This document shows, in pieces, positions 1 through 12,331 of a stretch of 36,242 nt of DNA. Source of the DNA: Octopus bimaculoides (Eukaryota); the NCBI RefSeq assembly GCF_001194135.2, contig NC_068993.1, positions 62,217,724 to 62,253,965 on the forward strand, read 5' to 3'. A program made the position numbers and the translations under genes. A model generated the notes under the pieces. That model saw only the letters and a list, made by a program, of their open reading frames with translations, was not told the origin of the DNA and made no database searches. Each line of letters starts with the position of its first letter. The first letter of the stretch is position 1.

Positions 1-372
1 ATGTTTATTTTTTTGAGTTCGCAATATTGATTCTCCTTTCATATAAAAGCAGTGAATGTTGGAATTCTCAGGGCGAAAATAAATAAGATCGAAAACTGGT
101 AAGCACGTACCTTTTCCATACATAAAATGTTACTTCTTTGGACACTGTAAATAAAAGAAAATAAAGAACCAGTTTTATAAGTTCCTCAATAACAATAAAA
201 ACACAAAAACGATATAGGAATATAACAGTTTATAACTGAATCAGAAGAGCGCCGGATTAAATGTCTTGCGGTATTTTATTATGGGACGAGTTTAAATGTC
301 ACCGATTTCTTTCAGCCATAGTTGTCTAGTGAATCGTGGATCTCTGTCGATTATGACGACGAGAGTTCCAAT

Positions 373-484
373 ATTTACATTATTTACATTTGACGATATT
401 TGTCCTCATCTTGTTTGTTGTTAACACAACGTTTCGGCTTGGGAAATTTCGAACCTGGGTTCTCATTCCTAAGGTATTTTTCGA

Positions 485-486
<2 letters not shown>
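373..486 (-). mobile_element. Probable Penelope-like terminal repeat remnant; only the 3' half of a hammerhead-like motif remains (AGCC-GAAAC-GTT-GTGT)
   Basis: The minus strand at 424-439 reads AGCCGAAACGTTGTGT, the same GAAAC-GTH arrangement as the copies at 10.7, 24.5 and 29.1 kb. There is no CTGANGA upstream. Family assignment is from recall. Confidence 0.4.

Positions 487-564
<78 letters not shown>
487..564. repeat. (TTA)n microsatellite, about 26 units
   Basis: Read directly; explains the poly-I/L/N ORFs at 384-681. Confidence 0.98.
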
Positions 565-566
<2 letters not shown>

Positions 567-754
567 CATATGTATGTACAAATATAATTCTAGTGTATTT
601 GTGCCTTTGTGGGATATAAGAAATCAATATATATATACATGTATATATGTCGAATTTAGTGTTCAGCCTACGAGATATTAGACGAATATTGTATTTTGTT
701 TCTTATCTACTGCTTTTGTAGTGCAGAAGATCAGTGAAAAAGAGAACGTCTATG

Positions 755-804
<50 letters not shown>

Positions 805-962
805 GACGGGCTTCTTTCAGTTTCCGTCTACCAAATCCACTCACAAGGCTTTGGTCGGCCCGAGGCTATAGTAGGAGACACTTGCCCAAGCTGCCACGCA
901 GTGGGACTGAACGTGGAACCATATAGTTGGTAAGCAAGCTACTTACCACACAGCCACTCCTG
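805..962 (-). mobile_element. tRNA-derived SINE family A, 5' half (tRNA head plus CORE-like block)
   Basis: The minus strand has A-box-like TGGCTGTGTGG, B-box-like GTTCAGTCCC and CORE-like CTTGGGCAAGTGTCT. It abuts an (AC)n/(AT)n tract. Homologous copies lie at 5041, 13210 and 32581. Confidence 0.9.
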
Positions 963-1569
963 TGTCTTTACGGGAAAAAGCTTTTCTTCCAAATTTGTGT
1001 GAATGCATGTCTGTCTTTATGTGTGTATGCCTACATTAATGGGCGGTATTTTGCAGGTGCGGGGAAAATGCATAGAAAAGAAACGCATTGTCTAAAAGTT
1101 ACATTAATGTTGTAATATAAAGTATTTTAGTATCGCTACTTAACAGTAGTTCTGTGGTAACTATCATTAAAAGATTGCAAGTATAGCAATGACTACGAAA
1201 AAAAAAAAAATCAAACAACAACGACGACGACGACAACAACAACAGCATCATCGTCAGCGACTATAATTAAAGCAAGAAAAAGAAAGGAAATCGTAATGAT
1301 AACGTTAATAAGTAGAATCTCAGAAACGCACTTATTATTACGGTAAACAAGGCAGCCACACGCTTTTAAGATACTTCTACATTTAAAGACTTTGCGGTAA
1401 TGTAAAACAACAACAAAAACAAACGTATAAACAAAACAAAAACATATAACAAATTTTTCAGCAAAATGACAACACACAAACATGTCCGCCATCATGAGAA
1501 ACTCATTACAGCAAAAATTTGAATGTTTTTTTTAGTGATTTATGATGTTACAGAGTAAGAGAACTTAAA

Positions 1570-1596
1570 TCATCATCATCATCATCATCATCATCC

Positions 1597-1634
<38 letters not shown>

Positions 1635-1741
1635 ATTATTATTATTATTATTATTGCTGTTGGTTTTTTTTCTTCTTTCTTCAAATTTTCTTCCATTTAT
1701 CGCCGAGTGTTTTCCGTACACCTAGGGCAGAGAAGCTCATT

Positions 1742-1818
<77 letters not shown>
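1570..1818. repeat. Cluster of (ATC)n and two (TTA)n tracts
   Basis: Read directly. Confidence 0.95.
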
Positions 1819-1819
<1 letters not shown>

Positions 1820-1863
1820 CAAAGCTATTACATACTAATTTAATTACCAGGAAAGTTATGTTA

Positions 1864-1904
1864 TCTTGAGATTTGGGGACAAAAAATGTTCTCAAATCTC
1901 AAGG
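1864..1904 (+). other. 17-bp hairpin with a 7-nt loop
   Basis: CTTGAGATTTG (1865-1875) pairs perfectly with CAAATCTCAAG (1893-1903). GGGAC/GTTCT extends the stem with G-U pairs. Confidence 0.7.
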
Positions 1905-1946
1905 AATCTTTCTTAGGCCACTTGCATAATACAGGACTACACCCGT

Positions 1947-2058
1947 CTGAAAGGCAATAGTTAGCGCTTCGGTTTCACGCTTCAGGTTTCTGCTCGTCAG
2001 GAATAATCAGCGTTCTTTACTTCCAACATCTTTGTAGCATGAGTTGATCATGTAATTC
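1947..2058 (-). mobile_element. Degraded R4/Dong-like non-LTR retrotransposon ORF fragment (between RT and zinc knuckle)
   Basis: Manual translation gives ELHDQLM, a frameshift, then KDVGSKER*LFLTSRNLKRETEALTIAFQ. This resembles the LHGQF...W.WL..G.LK.ETE.LI.AAQ block of R4-clade elements. Confidence 0.6.
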
Positions 2059-3026
2059 CGTTTTAGTATGTTTAAATGGTATGTTCTGGTGTGTTCTACA
2101 TCTTTAAAATTAATATTGGTAGAAAATTTTCTCCTCACTTCCTCCTGCAAAAACAGTAACCAGGTTTAAAAGCAATCGACTAAATATTGTTCTGAGACAG
2201 GGTACAAATATCGTGCGCTGCTGCACAAGTTTGATGCCACGCTTCATCTAAAGTTGGGGAGAAGAAAATTATAAGCTGAATAATGGAAGAACTTACACAT
2301 TTTGTATTCAGGCTATAGAATATTTTTAAACAACTTGAAAAACATCTAATATAATTTGTTTCTTATAAAAATTACTTCTGAACAAAGGATTGAAAAAAAT
2401 CCAATTAAAGGTTTCGGATTGTCTAAATAAACCGATACATGGGAACTGCATAGTTAGCATCATATTTCGTCGCAGAATCTTAACTTAGAAGCAAATGGCT
2501 CCAGCCTCTGTAAATTAACAAAGGATCTAAGTCATGTGCTTTGTAATCAGGCCTAGCATCATATCTCTGTCTGTTGCAATTAGTTTAACAGTTTGTTAAC
2601 TAAAGATACCATGCTGTGAATAAGTACATGGCGAGAGTAAGCTTTAACACGTGTTACCATAAAAAAAAACAAGAAGAAAACATTATTTTATCGATCGGTC
2701 TCTCATTCATGTAAAATCTTTACAAGAAAGAATTTGTTTCTGCGAGTTGTTGCTGCCGAAAAAACATTGGTTTCGAAATTTATGAGCTAGCATTATTTTC
2801 TTGGCAGTAACTAGGAAATTTCTGATAATTAAATCTTAACAACCTGTGCCCCTATGTTTTGGTTTCGTTTAGTATCTGATTTATTTATGTACCAACATTC
2901 TTCCATACATGCATCTTGTAGTCAGTTCTTTCATTAATGGAACACTTGTATTCTTGTTTAATTTGCTTCATTTGATGCCATTTTCTTTTGCTACGATCTC
3001 ATGTTTGCTTCAGCTGTTTCTTTTAG

Positions 3027-3134
3027 ATTTCGCATGAACTCCAAATCACAATGGAAGAAGAATGTTTCATTTAATCCATTTCTGGTAGCTTTTATATTAT
3101 ACTCAACCTGGTGCAGAGGCTACAGAAATCTCAC
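3027..3134 (+). CDS. Weak candidate internal exon (108 nt, phase 2-2): FRMNSKSQWKKNVSFNPFLVAFILYSTWCRGYRNLT
   Basis: Acceptor gtttcttttAG, donor GTAAGC and one open frame. No recognisable homology. Confidence 0.12.
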
Positions 3135-3254
3135 GTAAGCTGACACATATACGCCAGTGCTGGATGGTGAACTTTATAGATGATACTTTCCTCGATGTTA
3201 TTTAAAAACTGTATTCACATCCCGTGTTACGGTTTGTCCTGTCTAAAGTTAATA

Positions 3255-3469
3255 TTGGTTTCAAATTTTGGCACCAGGCGAGTAATTTCGGGGGAGGGGA
3301 AACTCAATTAAATCGACCCTAGTTAACTACTGGCACTTACTTTATCGATCCGGAAAAGATGAAGGGCAAAGTCGACCTGGGCGCAATTTGAACTCAGAAC
3401 GTAAAGATATACGAAATGCCTCCCAGCATTTTGCCTGATGTGCTAACGATTCTGCAAGCTGGCCGTCTT
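3255..3469 (-). mobile_element. tRNA-derived SINE family B, near full length
   Basis: Reverse complement matches the copy at 22058-22274, including B-box-like GAGTTCAAATT. Confidence 0.9.
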
Positions 3470-3494
3470 TCCTAATCTTACCATCAACTTCAGA

Positions 3495-3576
3495 CGGGCG
3501 GCGAGCTGGCAGAATCATTAGCACATCAGGCGAAATGCTTGGCGGCATTTCATACATCTTTACGTTTTAAGTTCAA
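3495..3576 (+). mobile_element. SINE family B 5' fragment, inverted relative to 3255-3469
   Basis: GGCGGCGAGCTGGCAGAATC...AAGTTCAA matches the family B head. Confidence 0.85.
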
Positions 3577-4011
3577 GGCAGACGGTCAGATCGTAATTTA
3601 AAGACGTCTTTGTTAAATATTGTTATTGTTTTTGTTGAATAAAATTTGTTGAAAAAACCCGCAATAATTATGCACCAAGCCAATACCTTTACGAAAAAAA
3701 ACAAAAAAACAAAAACAAAAAACAAAACATGTATTAGGGTTCTGCAAGAAATTCTATCCATGGCAGAACGTGCCACAATATCGACAAATGGAATGATTTG
3801 ATCAATTCTTCAGTTGTGATTGTATCGAGGGAAATCTAGCTATCAATTCTTCACGCAAATATCGCCACCAAAGAGGGAAAATATATAGGAAGATCTCGAA
3901 GCATATTAAGCTATAAATTATAGCAGGTAAATAATGGCTTGAAAATTTACATACTGTTATTTATAGCCTTTTGTGTTTCGAGATCAACTGTTCCAGGAAG
4001 TTGTATATATA

Positions 4012-4122
4012 CTTTTATCTTTTGCTTGTTTATGGTTCTTTTACCGAACCGCTAAGTTACGGGGACGTAAGCATACCAACATCGGATGTCAAGCAGTGGC
4101 TGGGGACAAACGAGGACACAAA
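4012..4122 (-). mobile_element. SINE family A, 3' half, internally deleted
   Basis: CCGAACCGCTAAGTTACGGGGACGTAA matches the reverse complement of 24150-24185 and resembles 31490-31545. Confidence 0.8.
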
Positions 4123-4142
4123 GAAGCAAGCTTATTACCACA

Positions 4143-4180
4143 CAACCACGCCTGCAACCACGCCTGCAACCACGCCTGAC

Positions 4181-4271
<91 letters not shown>
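4143..4271. repeat. Three copies of the 12-mer CAACCACGCCTG followed by (AC)n, about 45 units
   Basis: Read directly. Confidence 0.95.
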
Positions 4272-4273
<2 letters not shown>

Positions 4274-4405
4274 AAGTGTACGTAGTTGTTTATTACTTGG
4301 GTTTGATGAGAAGCTACCGATCCAAGAGAGGAGATCTGAGCGAAGCCCTTTGATGCTAGTTTTGTGGATTCTCACTGGGATCCACGAAGAGGAAAGGAAG
4401 ATAGG

Positions 4406-4461
4406 GAGAATGAGAGAATGAGAGAATGGGAGAATGAGAGAATGAGAGAATGAGAGAATGG
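4406..4461. repeat. Seven copies of the 8-mer GAGAATG(A/G)
   Basis: Read directly. Confidence 0.95.
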
Positions 4462-5040
4462 AGAGTGCTACGGAATACAGCAGATTTACTATCATAAGCT
4501 CCATGCATGACTCAAAGCAAAATACATTAATCCAACAACATGCATTCAGTTTGAGTAGAATATGGTTTTATGTTGTTGGATTACAGTTTGTAGAATATGT
4601 AAACGACGATGTGAATCAACAATCAGATTAATTCAGCTAATCTTTTTGAAACAAGCTGTAAGCGACAAAGAATTTTAATGATAGGAAATTCACATAACGC
4701 CAACAGAACGGTTTGTGTGAAAGACTTGGATTACCTTCAGAATCAGAATATATCGGAATGTATTGACGTCCATTGTCTGCACAACGTTTTACAAGATATT
4801 AATGCAGATTATGTGATCAGAACGTGAATGCTGTGAAGAAATGGGATTTATAAGCCGTAAGGCAGAATGTACTAATACAGATTAAAATAGTTAGAAAAAA
4901 AAATGGAGAAAACGATTTAATTTATCGTACGAGTTGCCTAGAAATTGGATAAGTCATTAATTCAAACAGCACTTTCTAAAGCAATGAATTAAATGTCTTA
5001 ATAAATGAGGGTAATTAGTCATACCCGTAATTGTACACAT

Positions 5041-5197
5041 GCGTGGTTGTGCGATGAGAAGATTGCTTCCCAACCATGTGGTTCCGAGTTCAGTCCCGTT
5101 GCGTGGCACTTTGGGAAATTATCTTGTATTATAGTCTGGGACTGACCAAAGCCTTGTGAATGGATTTGGTAGAAGGAAACTGGAAGAAGCCCGTCGT
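5041..5197 (+). mobile_element. SINE family A, 5' half, followed by (TATC)n
   Basis: Homologous to the reverse complement of 805-962. Confidence 0.88.
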
Positions 5198-5252
<55 letters not shown>

Positions 5253-5999
5253 CATACACACACATATGCATATATATGTATGTATATTTATATATATATA
5301 TATAAATATAGTTGCTGACATGTTGAATTTATGCAGCTAACCACATAAACGTTCGACACAAGTGTGACATTTCCTCGTATGACACAAACGCACAAATGTT
5401 TGTGTATTTGCCGGCATTATCACCCACATATACGTCAATTATCTTTAGTTGATAATATATATTACAATAGCGCTGTTTCGATTTCATATTTGAATTTATT
5501 CTTACGTATGCATCGTCCGGGCCTACATGCACATGGTTTGCTCGCTATGGAGATATAAGTCGATGACTGGCGAAGTGAATCAACTCCGATCTTGTTAGAG
5601 TATGAAATGTTGACAAGCCACAAAAATGGCGAAACATCGATGCGCAACAGAGTCGGCATCATAAGTATCATCATCAACAATAAGAACCACAACAACAACA
5701 ACAACAATAGTTCAAAGGTCCCCCTCCTTCTATATGACACTCGTTCAAAATTTGCAGTGGACATTAAATTTAATAAAAGCGTGTTAAATACAATAGCTTT
5801 TGATCTAAGGTTTGTTCGACATAAATGAAAATGTATCGGCAGAAAGAAGGAACATTTAAAACTAGTTTAATTATTTACTCATAAGTGCCACCACTGCGAA
5901 ATTCGTACAACAACGCGCGCGTACGCACGCACACACACACAATACACATTTAGGAACATATATAGATACATAGATACATACATACATATATATATATAG

Positions 6000-6074
<75 letters not shown>

Positions 6075-6398
6075 NNNNNNNNNNNNNNNNNNNNNNNNNN
6101 NNNNNNNNNNNNNNNNNNNNNNNNNNNNNNNNNNNNNNNNNNNNNNNNNNNNNNNNNNNNNNNNNNNNNNNNNNNNNNNNNNNNNNNNNNNNNNNNNNNN
6201 NNNNNNNNNNNNNNNNNNNNNNNNNNNNNNNNNNNNNNNNNNNNNNNNNNNNNNNNNNNNNNNNNNNNNNNNNNNNNNNNNNNNNNNNNNNNNNNNNNNN
6301 NNNNNNNNNNNNNNNNNNNNNNNNNNNNNNNNNNNNNNNNNNNNNNNNNNNNNNNNNNNNNNNNNNNNNNNNNNNNNNNNNNNNNNNNNNNNNNNNNN
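6075..6398. other. Assembly gap flanked by (AT)n
   Basis: N run. Confidence 1.
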
Positions 6399-7198
6399 AT
6401 ATATATATATACACCTAACACTCTACACACACATATATATGTATATGCTCACAAGCAATTAGGCAATTAGGATATCTAATTTATATGACTGTAAAATCTG
6501 TGGTTAAGATGCGTGAAATTAAGTTTCAGAATATATATAATCTTCGTTGGATTAACCTCATGCTATTAGTTAAAGCGGAAATTTGGGCAAATTAACTGTA
6601 TATAAATGTTCATATAACAATTAAGTAATAATAAAGCATTGATTCTCGTGTGATAATGCAGGAGGTGCCTATTATTATATGTGACAACATTGTATCTGAA
6701 CGATGGAGCTCTATGTAATTAAATGTGTAAAGCAGACATACACGCATAGATATACGTATTTCTCAGTCTATGTATCAATTTCTTGTGAGGGACACATTAC
6801 AATAGGAAGCATCCTGGATATCACACTTAAGCTAAACTCGAAACCATATGAGACCAACAAAAAATGATGTTGGTTGGATTGGTATACTTGTGAGGCTGCG
6901 TATGAATGATATAACAACACCATGCAAACATTTAATGGTAACTTTTATTTCACTGCACAAGTAATAATGAGGTTGGTCATGAATTATAAAGTTCTACGAC
7001 TGGGCGTCATAAATGAAAGAATAATTCAATAGTGCTCATAAATAGTTTGATTACAAAAGCTTTGTATTGAAGTTTATCAAGACAAGAGAAAATATATTCA
7101 GTAGATTCATATCAGTCAACTATATCGACATATCCAAGGTGGAGCTGGATCGCCGGTTAATATGCACTGAAGGTTGGTGCTAAAAAACAAGCCTTTAT

Positions 7199-8170
7199 NN
7201 NNNNNNNNNNNNNNNNNNNNNNNNNNNNNNNNNNNNNNNNNNNNNNNNNNNNNNNNNNNNNNNNNNNNNNNNNNNNNNNNNNNNNNNNNNNNNNNNNNNN
7301 NNNNNNNNNNNNNNNNNNNNNNNNNNNNNNNNNNNNNNNNNNNNNNNNNNNNNNNNNNNNNNNNNNNNNNNNNNNNNNNNNNNNNNNNNNNNNNNNNNNN
7401 NNNNNNNNNNNNNNNNNNNNNNNNNNNNNNNNNNNNNNNNNNNNNNNNNNNNNNNNNNNNNNNNNNNNNNNNNNNNNNNNNNNNNNNNNNNNNNNNNNNN
7501 NNNNNNNNNNNNNNNNNNNNNNNNNNNNNNNNNNNNNNNNNNNNNNNNNNNNNNNNNNNNNNNNNNNNNNNNNNNNNNNNNNNNNNNNNNNNNNNNNNNN
7601 NNNNNNNNNNNNNNNNNNNNNNNNNNNNNNNNNNNNNNNNNNNNNNNNNNNNNNNNNNNNNNNNNNNNNNNNNNNNNNNNNNNNNNNNNNNNNNNNNNNN
7701 NNNNNNNNNNNNNNNNNNNNNNNNNNNNNNNNNNNNNNNNNNNNNNNNNNNNNNNNNNNNNNNNNNNNNNNNNNNNNNNNNNNNNNNNNNNNNNNNNNNN
7801 NNNNNNNNNNNNNNNNNNNNNNNNNNNNNNNNNNNNNNNNNNNNNNNNNNNNNNNNNNNNNNNNNNNNNNNNNNNNNNNNNNNNNNNNNNNNNNNNNNNN
7901 NNNNNNNNNNNNNNNNNNNNNNNNNNNNNNNNNNNNNNNNNNNNNNNNNNNNNNNNNNNNNNNNNNNNNNNNNNNNNNNNNNNNNNNNNNNNNNNNNNNN
8001 NNNNNNNNNNNNNNNNNNNNNNNNNNNNNNNNNNNNNNNNNNNNNNNNNNNNNNNNNNNNNNNNNNNNNNNNNNNNNNNNNNNNNNNNNNNNNNNNNNNN
8101 NNNNNNNNNNNNNNNNNNNNNNNNNNNNNNNNNNNNNNNNNNNNNNNNNNNNNNNNNNNNNNNNNNNNNN
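7199..8170. other. Assembly gap
   Basis: N run. Confidence 1.
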
Positions 8171-9872
8171 CTATCTATCTGTTGGTTTGCCGTGTGTAAC
8201 ATCTCACAAATGCTGGTATATATATTATTTTGGCCTATGTAAAGTGTTGCTTATCGATATATTTTTAAGGGGGAAATATTTCGTTCGACAGTTTTTCATA
8301 CCCAGTAATTTTCATAAAAATAAATTTAATATAAACATTATGCTTCGAAATGATAAAAGAAAAAATAAATTCATTGCTATTATTTCTTTTTTTTTTACGC
8401 ATCTTTGAGCTTTTTTTTTCTATGATAGAAAATGTTGTGTAGCTGAACTGACAGCGAAGCATTATTTAAAGCAATTACGTTCAAGAAAAATGGCGAAAAT
8501 TTAGAATGTTATAATCATAAGGAGAATTCTTGCAAAGAATATCATTGAAAAAGTGTCATATTTTCATAGGACGGATACAAAAAATGTCTTTTATCCTAGC
8601 TTTGTTACAAATATTTTGCAAAGTAGGAATAATGAAATTTTCAGTTACAGAAATTGCATGTATTTTCTGCGAGAGAATCAATGACAAGTAAATAAAACGG
8701 TTTTCGTTTAGAACAAGATGCTTAGTCAATAGAATTTGGTAATAAAATTAGCTTACGTTTGTCCTTGGAAAATGTTAGAGTTCTAAATATGTTCCACGGA
8801 ATGTTTTCGGCTAAATTTCTTCGCACTGGGTGATGTTTGAAACAATATAAAATATAACTAACAGTTTGGTGTAAAAAATGCATTCAATTTTATTAAAAAA
8901 ACTTATCGGACAAAGCAATATATAACACCAAGTTACGGACGTATTTCAATAATTCGAACCGTTAATCTCAGAAGAGAAATACAATTGCTTTGCTGTGTTT
9001 TGGATATTGTGAAAAGCTTTAGAACCAGACATAATTGCTTCTTTTTATCGATCTACTCAATTGGGAAAACAACTCATTTTATCCATACAATGCAACAATC
9101 CTTTACAAATAAGATAGAGTAAAGAGAGCATAATATATCCCAAATTCTACAAAAGGCACACATAGTGATGCGTACATAGCCTGCCTGCCTATCTGTCTGT
9201 TTGTCTCTCTGTATGTAATTTATTCTTAAATTTATTTCTAGATTCATTGCCGATGAAGACGAGCTGGTTTCTAACCTAGATCCGCGGCTATTTCATAGGA
9301 ATTTCAACATCAACGGGATAGTTATGCATGGATGTGTGCTTGTGGGCAAGTATTCGGTGTCAATGCATGTGCAGATCTACATGTCTTGTTTATGCATGCT
9401 TACTCATGCATGTATTGTGTGTCTAGACATGTGCTTTTGTACTCATAGAGTAAACCTTTCGAAGATTTTACATATTTTGACATTTCATTTGGTGGCTTGT
9501 ATTTGTAATCTTCTGATTAACTTTGCGTGTATGCATGCGTGAGGAGTTTGGACATTTACGGACAATATTAAGAGAAGATATGAAATATCACGGTGTACTA
9601 AAACTAAGAAGAACCAGGAGTAGCTGCAGAGCTTGTTAAGTGCATATGCCTTACAAGAAGACAAAGAGACCAAGGATGATGAGAACATATAAATCGGATA
9701 CAAAGGATATTTCTCAGAAGGATTATAAATAAAAAAAAAATTGAAGAACGTCTATTATTACACACTGATAAATGTGATTCTAGAAGCAGATATTTTTGTG
9801 AAACACAGGCCTCATTATCTTATATATCCAGTATTATTCACGAAACATAAGGCCCCAGACGAGTTACTGAGG

Positions 9873-9904
<32 letters not shown>

Positions 9905-10468
9905 NNNNNNNNNNNNNNNNNNNNNNNNNNNNNNNNNNNNNNNNNNNNNNNNNNNNNNNNNNNNNNNNNNNNNNNNNNNNNNNNNNNNNNNNNNNNNNNN
10001 NNNNNNNNNNNNNNNNNNNNNNNNNNNNNNNNNNNNNNNNNNNNNNNNNNNNNNNNNNNNNNNNNNNNNNNNNNNNNNNNNNNNNNNNNNNNNNNNNNNN
10101 NNNNNNNNNNNNNNNNNNNNNNNNNNNNNNNNNNNNNNNNNNNNNNNNNNNNNNNNNNNNNNNNNNNNNNNNNNNNNNNNNNNNNNNNNNNNNNNNNNNN
10201 NNNNNNNNNNNNNNNNNNNNNNNNNNNNNNNNNNNNNNNNNNNNNNNNNNNNNNNNNNNNNNNNNNNNNNNNNNNNNNNNNNNNNNNNNNNNNNNNNNNN
10301 NNNNNNNNNNNNNNNNNNNNNNNNNNNNNNNNNNNNNNNNNNNNNNNNNNNNNNNNNNNNNNNNNNNNNNNNNNNNNNNNNNNNNNNNNNNNNNNNNNNN
10401 NNNNNNNNNNNNNNNNNNNNNNNNNNNNNNNNNNNNNNNNNNNNNNNNNNNNNNNNNNNNNNNNNNNN
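9905..10468. other. Assembly gap flanked by (AT)n
   Basis: N run. Confidence 1.
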
Positions 10469-10501
10469 TATATATATATATATATATAATCTAAGTAGTA
10501 G

Positions 10502-10563
<62 letters not shown>

Positions 10564-10619
10564 GTATATGGTGAATCCAAACAAAGAAAAAACAAGAAAA
10601 AAAACAAAACAATAACGCG

Positions 10620-10775
10620 AGTATGTGGTACAAGTCCTGTATTATCAGACGCTCAGGAAAGGAAAGAAAGAGAATTTTACGTTTCGAGCAAAGTTCTTCT
10701 TCAGAAATAGAGGAAAGACCAAAAGAAGGGAAGACGGAGGAAGAAAATCGCCAACGATACACACGTGGTTACATT
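10620..10775 (-). mobile_element. Probable Penelope-like terminal repeat fragment
   Basis: Shares GACGCTC...TTTACGTTTCGAGC...CTTC...CAGAAA with 24385-24530 and 29015-29125, and contains a minimal hammerhead-like motif. Confidence 0.55.
10674..10708 (-). ncRNA. Minimal type I hammerhead-ribozyme-like motif with near-intact core
   Basis: The minus strand reads ATTT-CTGAAGA-A-GAAC-TTT-GCTC-GAAAC-GTA-AAAT. Stem I is AUUU/AAAU, the core is CUGANGA...GAAA, the triplet is GUA, and a palindromic ACGT replaces stem III. Confidence 0.55.
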
Positions 10776-11259
10776 TTGAAATGACCATATATCTGTGTGT
10801 GAGTGTGTGTATACATACATATATACAAATGCCAGTCAAGGAAGGAGTCTCACTGTAGACTCTCAGTTTGCTAGAAATAGCACCCAAATCGCTATCAAAA
10901 GCAAACCGTAACGAATTTAAGGATTAATGGATGAAATAATGTAGTCCTAGATATAAATTGTTTTTGAGAAAGTCATGTATAACGCTATAACGCACAAAGA
11001 CTGAACGGTAAAAGCAGGTACGCCTTTGATCATAAATCTATCAGGGTGGAATCATAGATCTACCAGGGTAAAACCCAACAGCAGCCCCAGCAACAACAAT
11101 AACAACAACAACAACAACACATTAGACTATGGTTTAGAGTGCAAGTAAATCTCTACGAAGCGGGTGTACTATTAACTGTTGTTTCTACAAGGTCGGCTGT
11201 AATGGAGCAGAGAGCCACTGTCAAATCCGTTCTAGACGTGACCGTCCATACTTGGTGTA

Positions 11260-11477
11260 TTCACCAGCTAAGAGGATATGATTATATTATTGAATATGTC
11301 ATCCCTTTCTTCTTTTAAGATGATAGAGTATGATCTAAGAGTAGTTTGGCTTCTAGTCGCGTGACCACGTCGAAGTTTGTGAATCTTCTTTGTGAATCTT
11401 CTCTGGATTGCTTCAACGTCCGCTGTTAATTTCACACTGGTGGGTGACCATAGCTGTGAGCAGTAATCCAGCAGTAA
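11260..11477 (-). mobile_element. CR1/L2-group LINE remnant, C-terminal part of ORF2
   Basis: LLDYCSQLWSPTSVKLTADVEAIQRRFTKKI matches the L(E/D)YCS.LWSP...LE.VQRRFTK block that follows the RT domain in CR1/L2-like elements. Confidence 0.8.
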
Positions 11478-11505
11478 TATATATATATATATACATATAT
11501 ATATA

Positions 11506-11511
11506 CAGAGA

Positions 11512-11576
<65 letters not shown>

Positions 11577-11687
11577 NNNNNNNNNNNNNNNNNNNNNNNN
11601 NNNNNNNNNNNNNNNNNNNNNNNNNNNNNNNNNNNNNNNNNNNNNNNNNNNNNNNNNNNNNNNNNNNNNNNNNNNNNNNNNGAGAGA

Positions 11688-11736
<49 letters not shown>

Positions 11737-11748
11737 CGAGAGAGAGTG
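11506..11748. repeat. (AG)n tract interrupted by the gap at 11577-11681
   Basis: Read directly. Confidence 0.97.
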
Positions 11749-12285
11749 AGTATTTTCAAGATTTAAAACTAACCCAAATATATCTAAGGATACCGAAATA
11801 TCAGAAAAGATGTGATTAAAAGAAATAACAAAATTTGATACGTAGAAGGTATGAAAGAATGTAACATAGAGAAATATAGAAGAATGTGCGATTCAGAAAG
11901 CGAAATACTAAATAATATGATAAGAAATAATGAGTCGTGAGGTATAAAAACAATCGGGAAGACAAATTCACACATCTAACAACAAAGATAACAACAACGT
12001 ACAAACTAATTGAACAACGAAACTAATTTATCATTTTATTAAAGTAAACATTGGCAAAGAATCTGGGCAACAATAAAAAGCCGTATATAAATGGCTTTGT
12101 CAGATGACATAAAAATGAAGACGACAGAAAAGAGAAAACTAACTTATATATAAATAAATAAGAAAGAGGAGCTTAGTTTTTGAAATTACATCTGAAGGAC
12201 GAAGAGAAAGAAATAGATGGAGCTGCGAAGTCATTGTGAATCTAACATCTTGAAAGACGAACGCTACAGTCTAGATATAATACCA

Positions 12286-12331
<46 letters not shown>

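Noticed and set aside
1211-1495. 94-aa minus-strand ORF starting ATGATGGCGGAC
   Set aside because: Low complexity derived from (CAA)/(CGA) and A-rich runs, with no convincing splice donor.
3060-3134. NVSFNPFLVAF resembles the GPCR TM7 NPxxY region
   Set aside because: The Tyr is absent and the preceding residues are polar rather than transmembrane.
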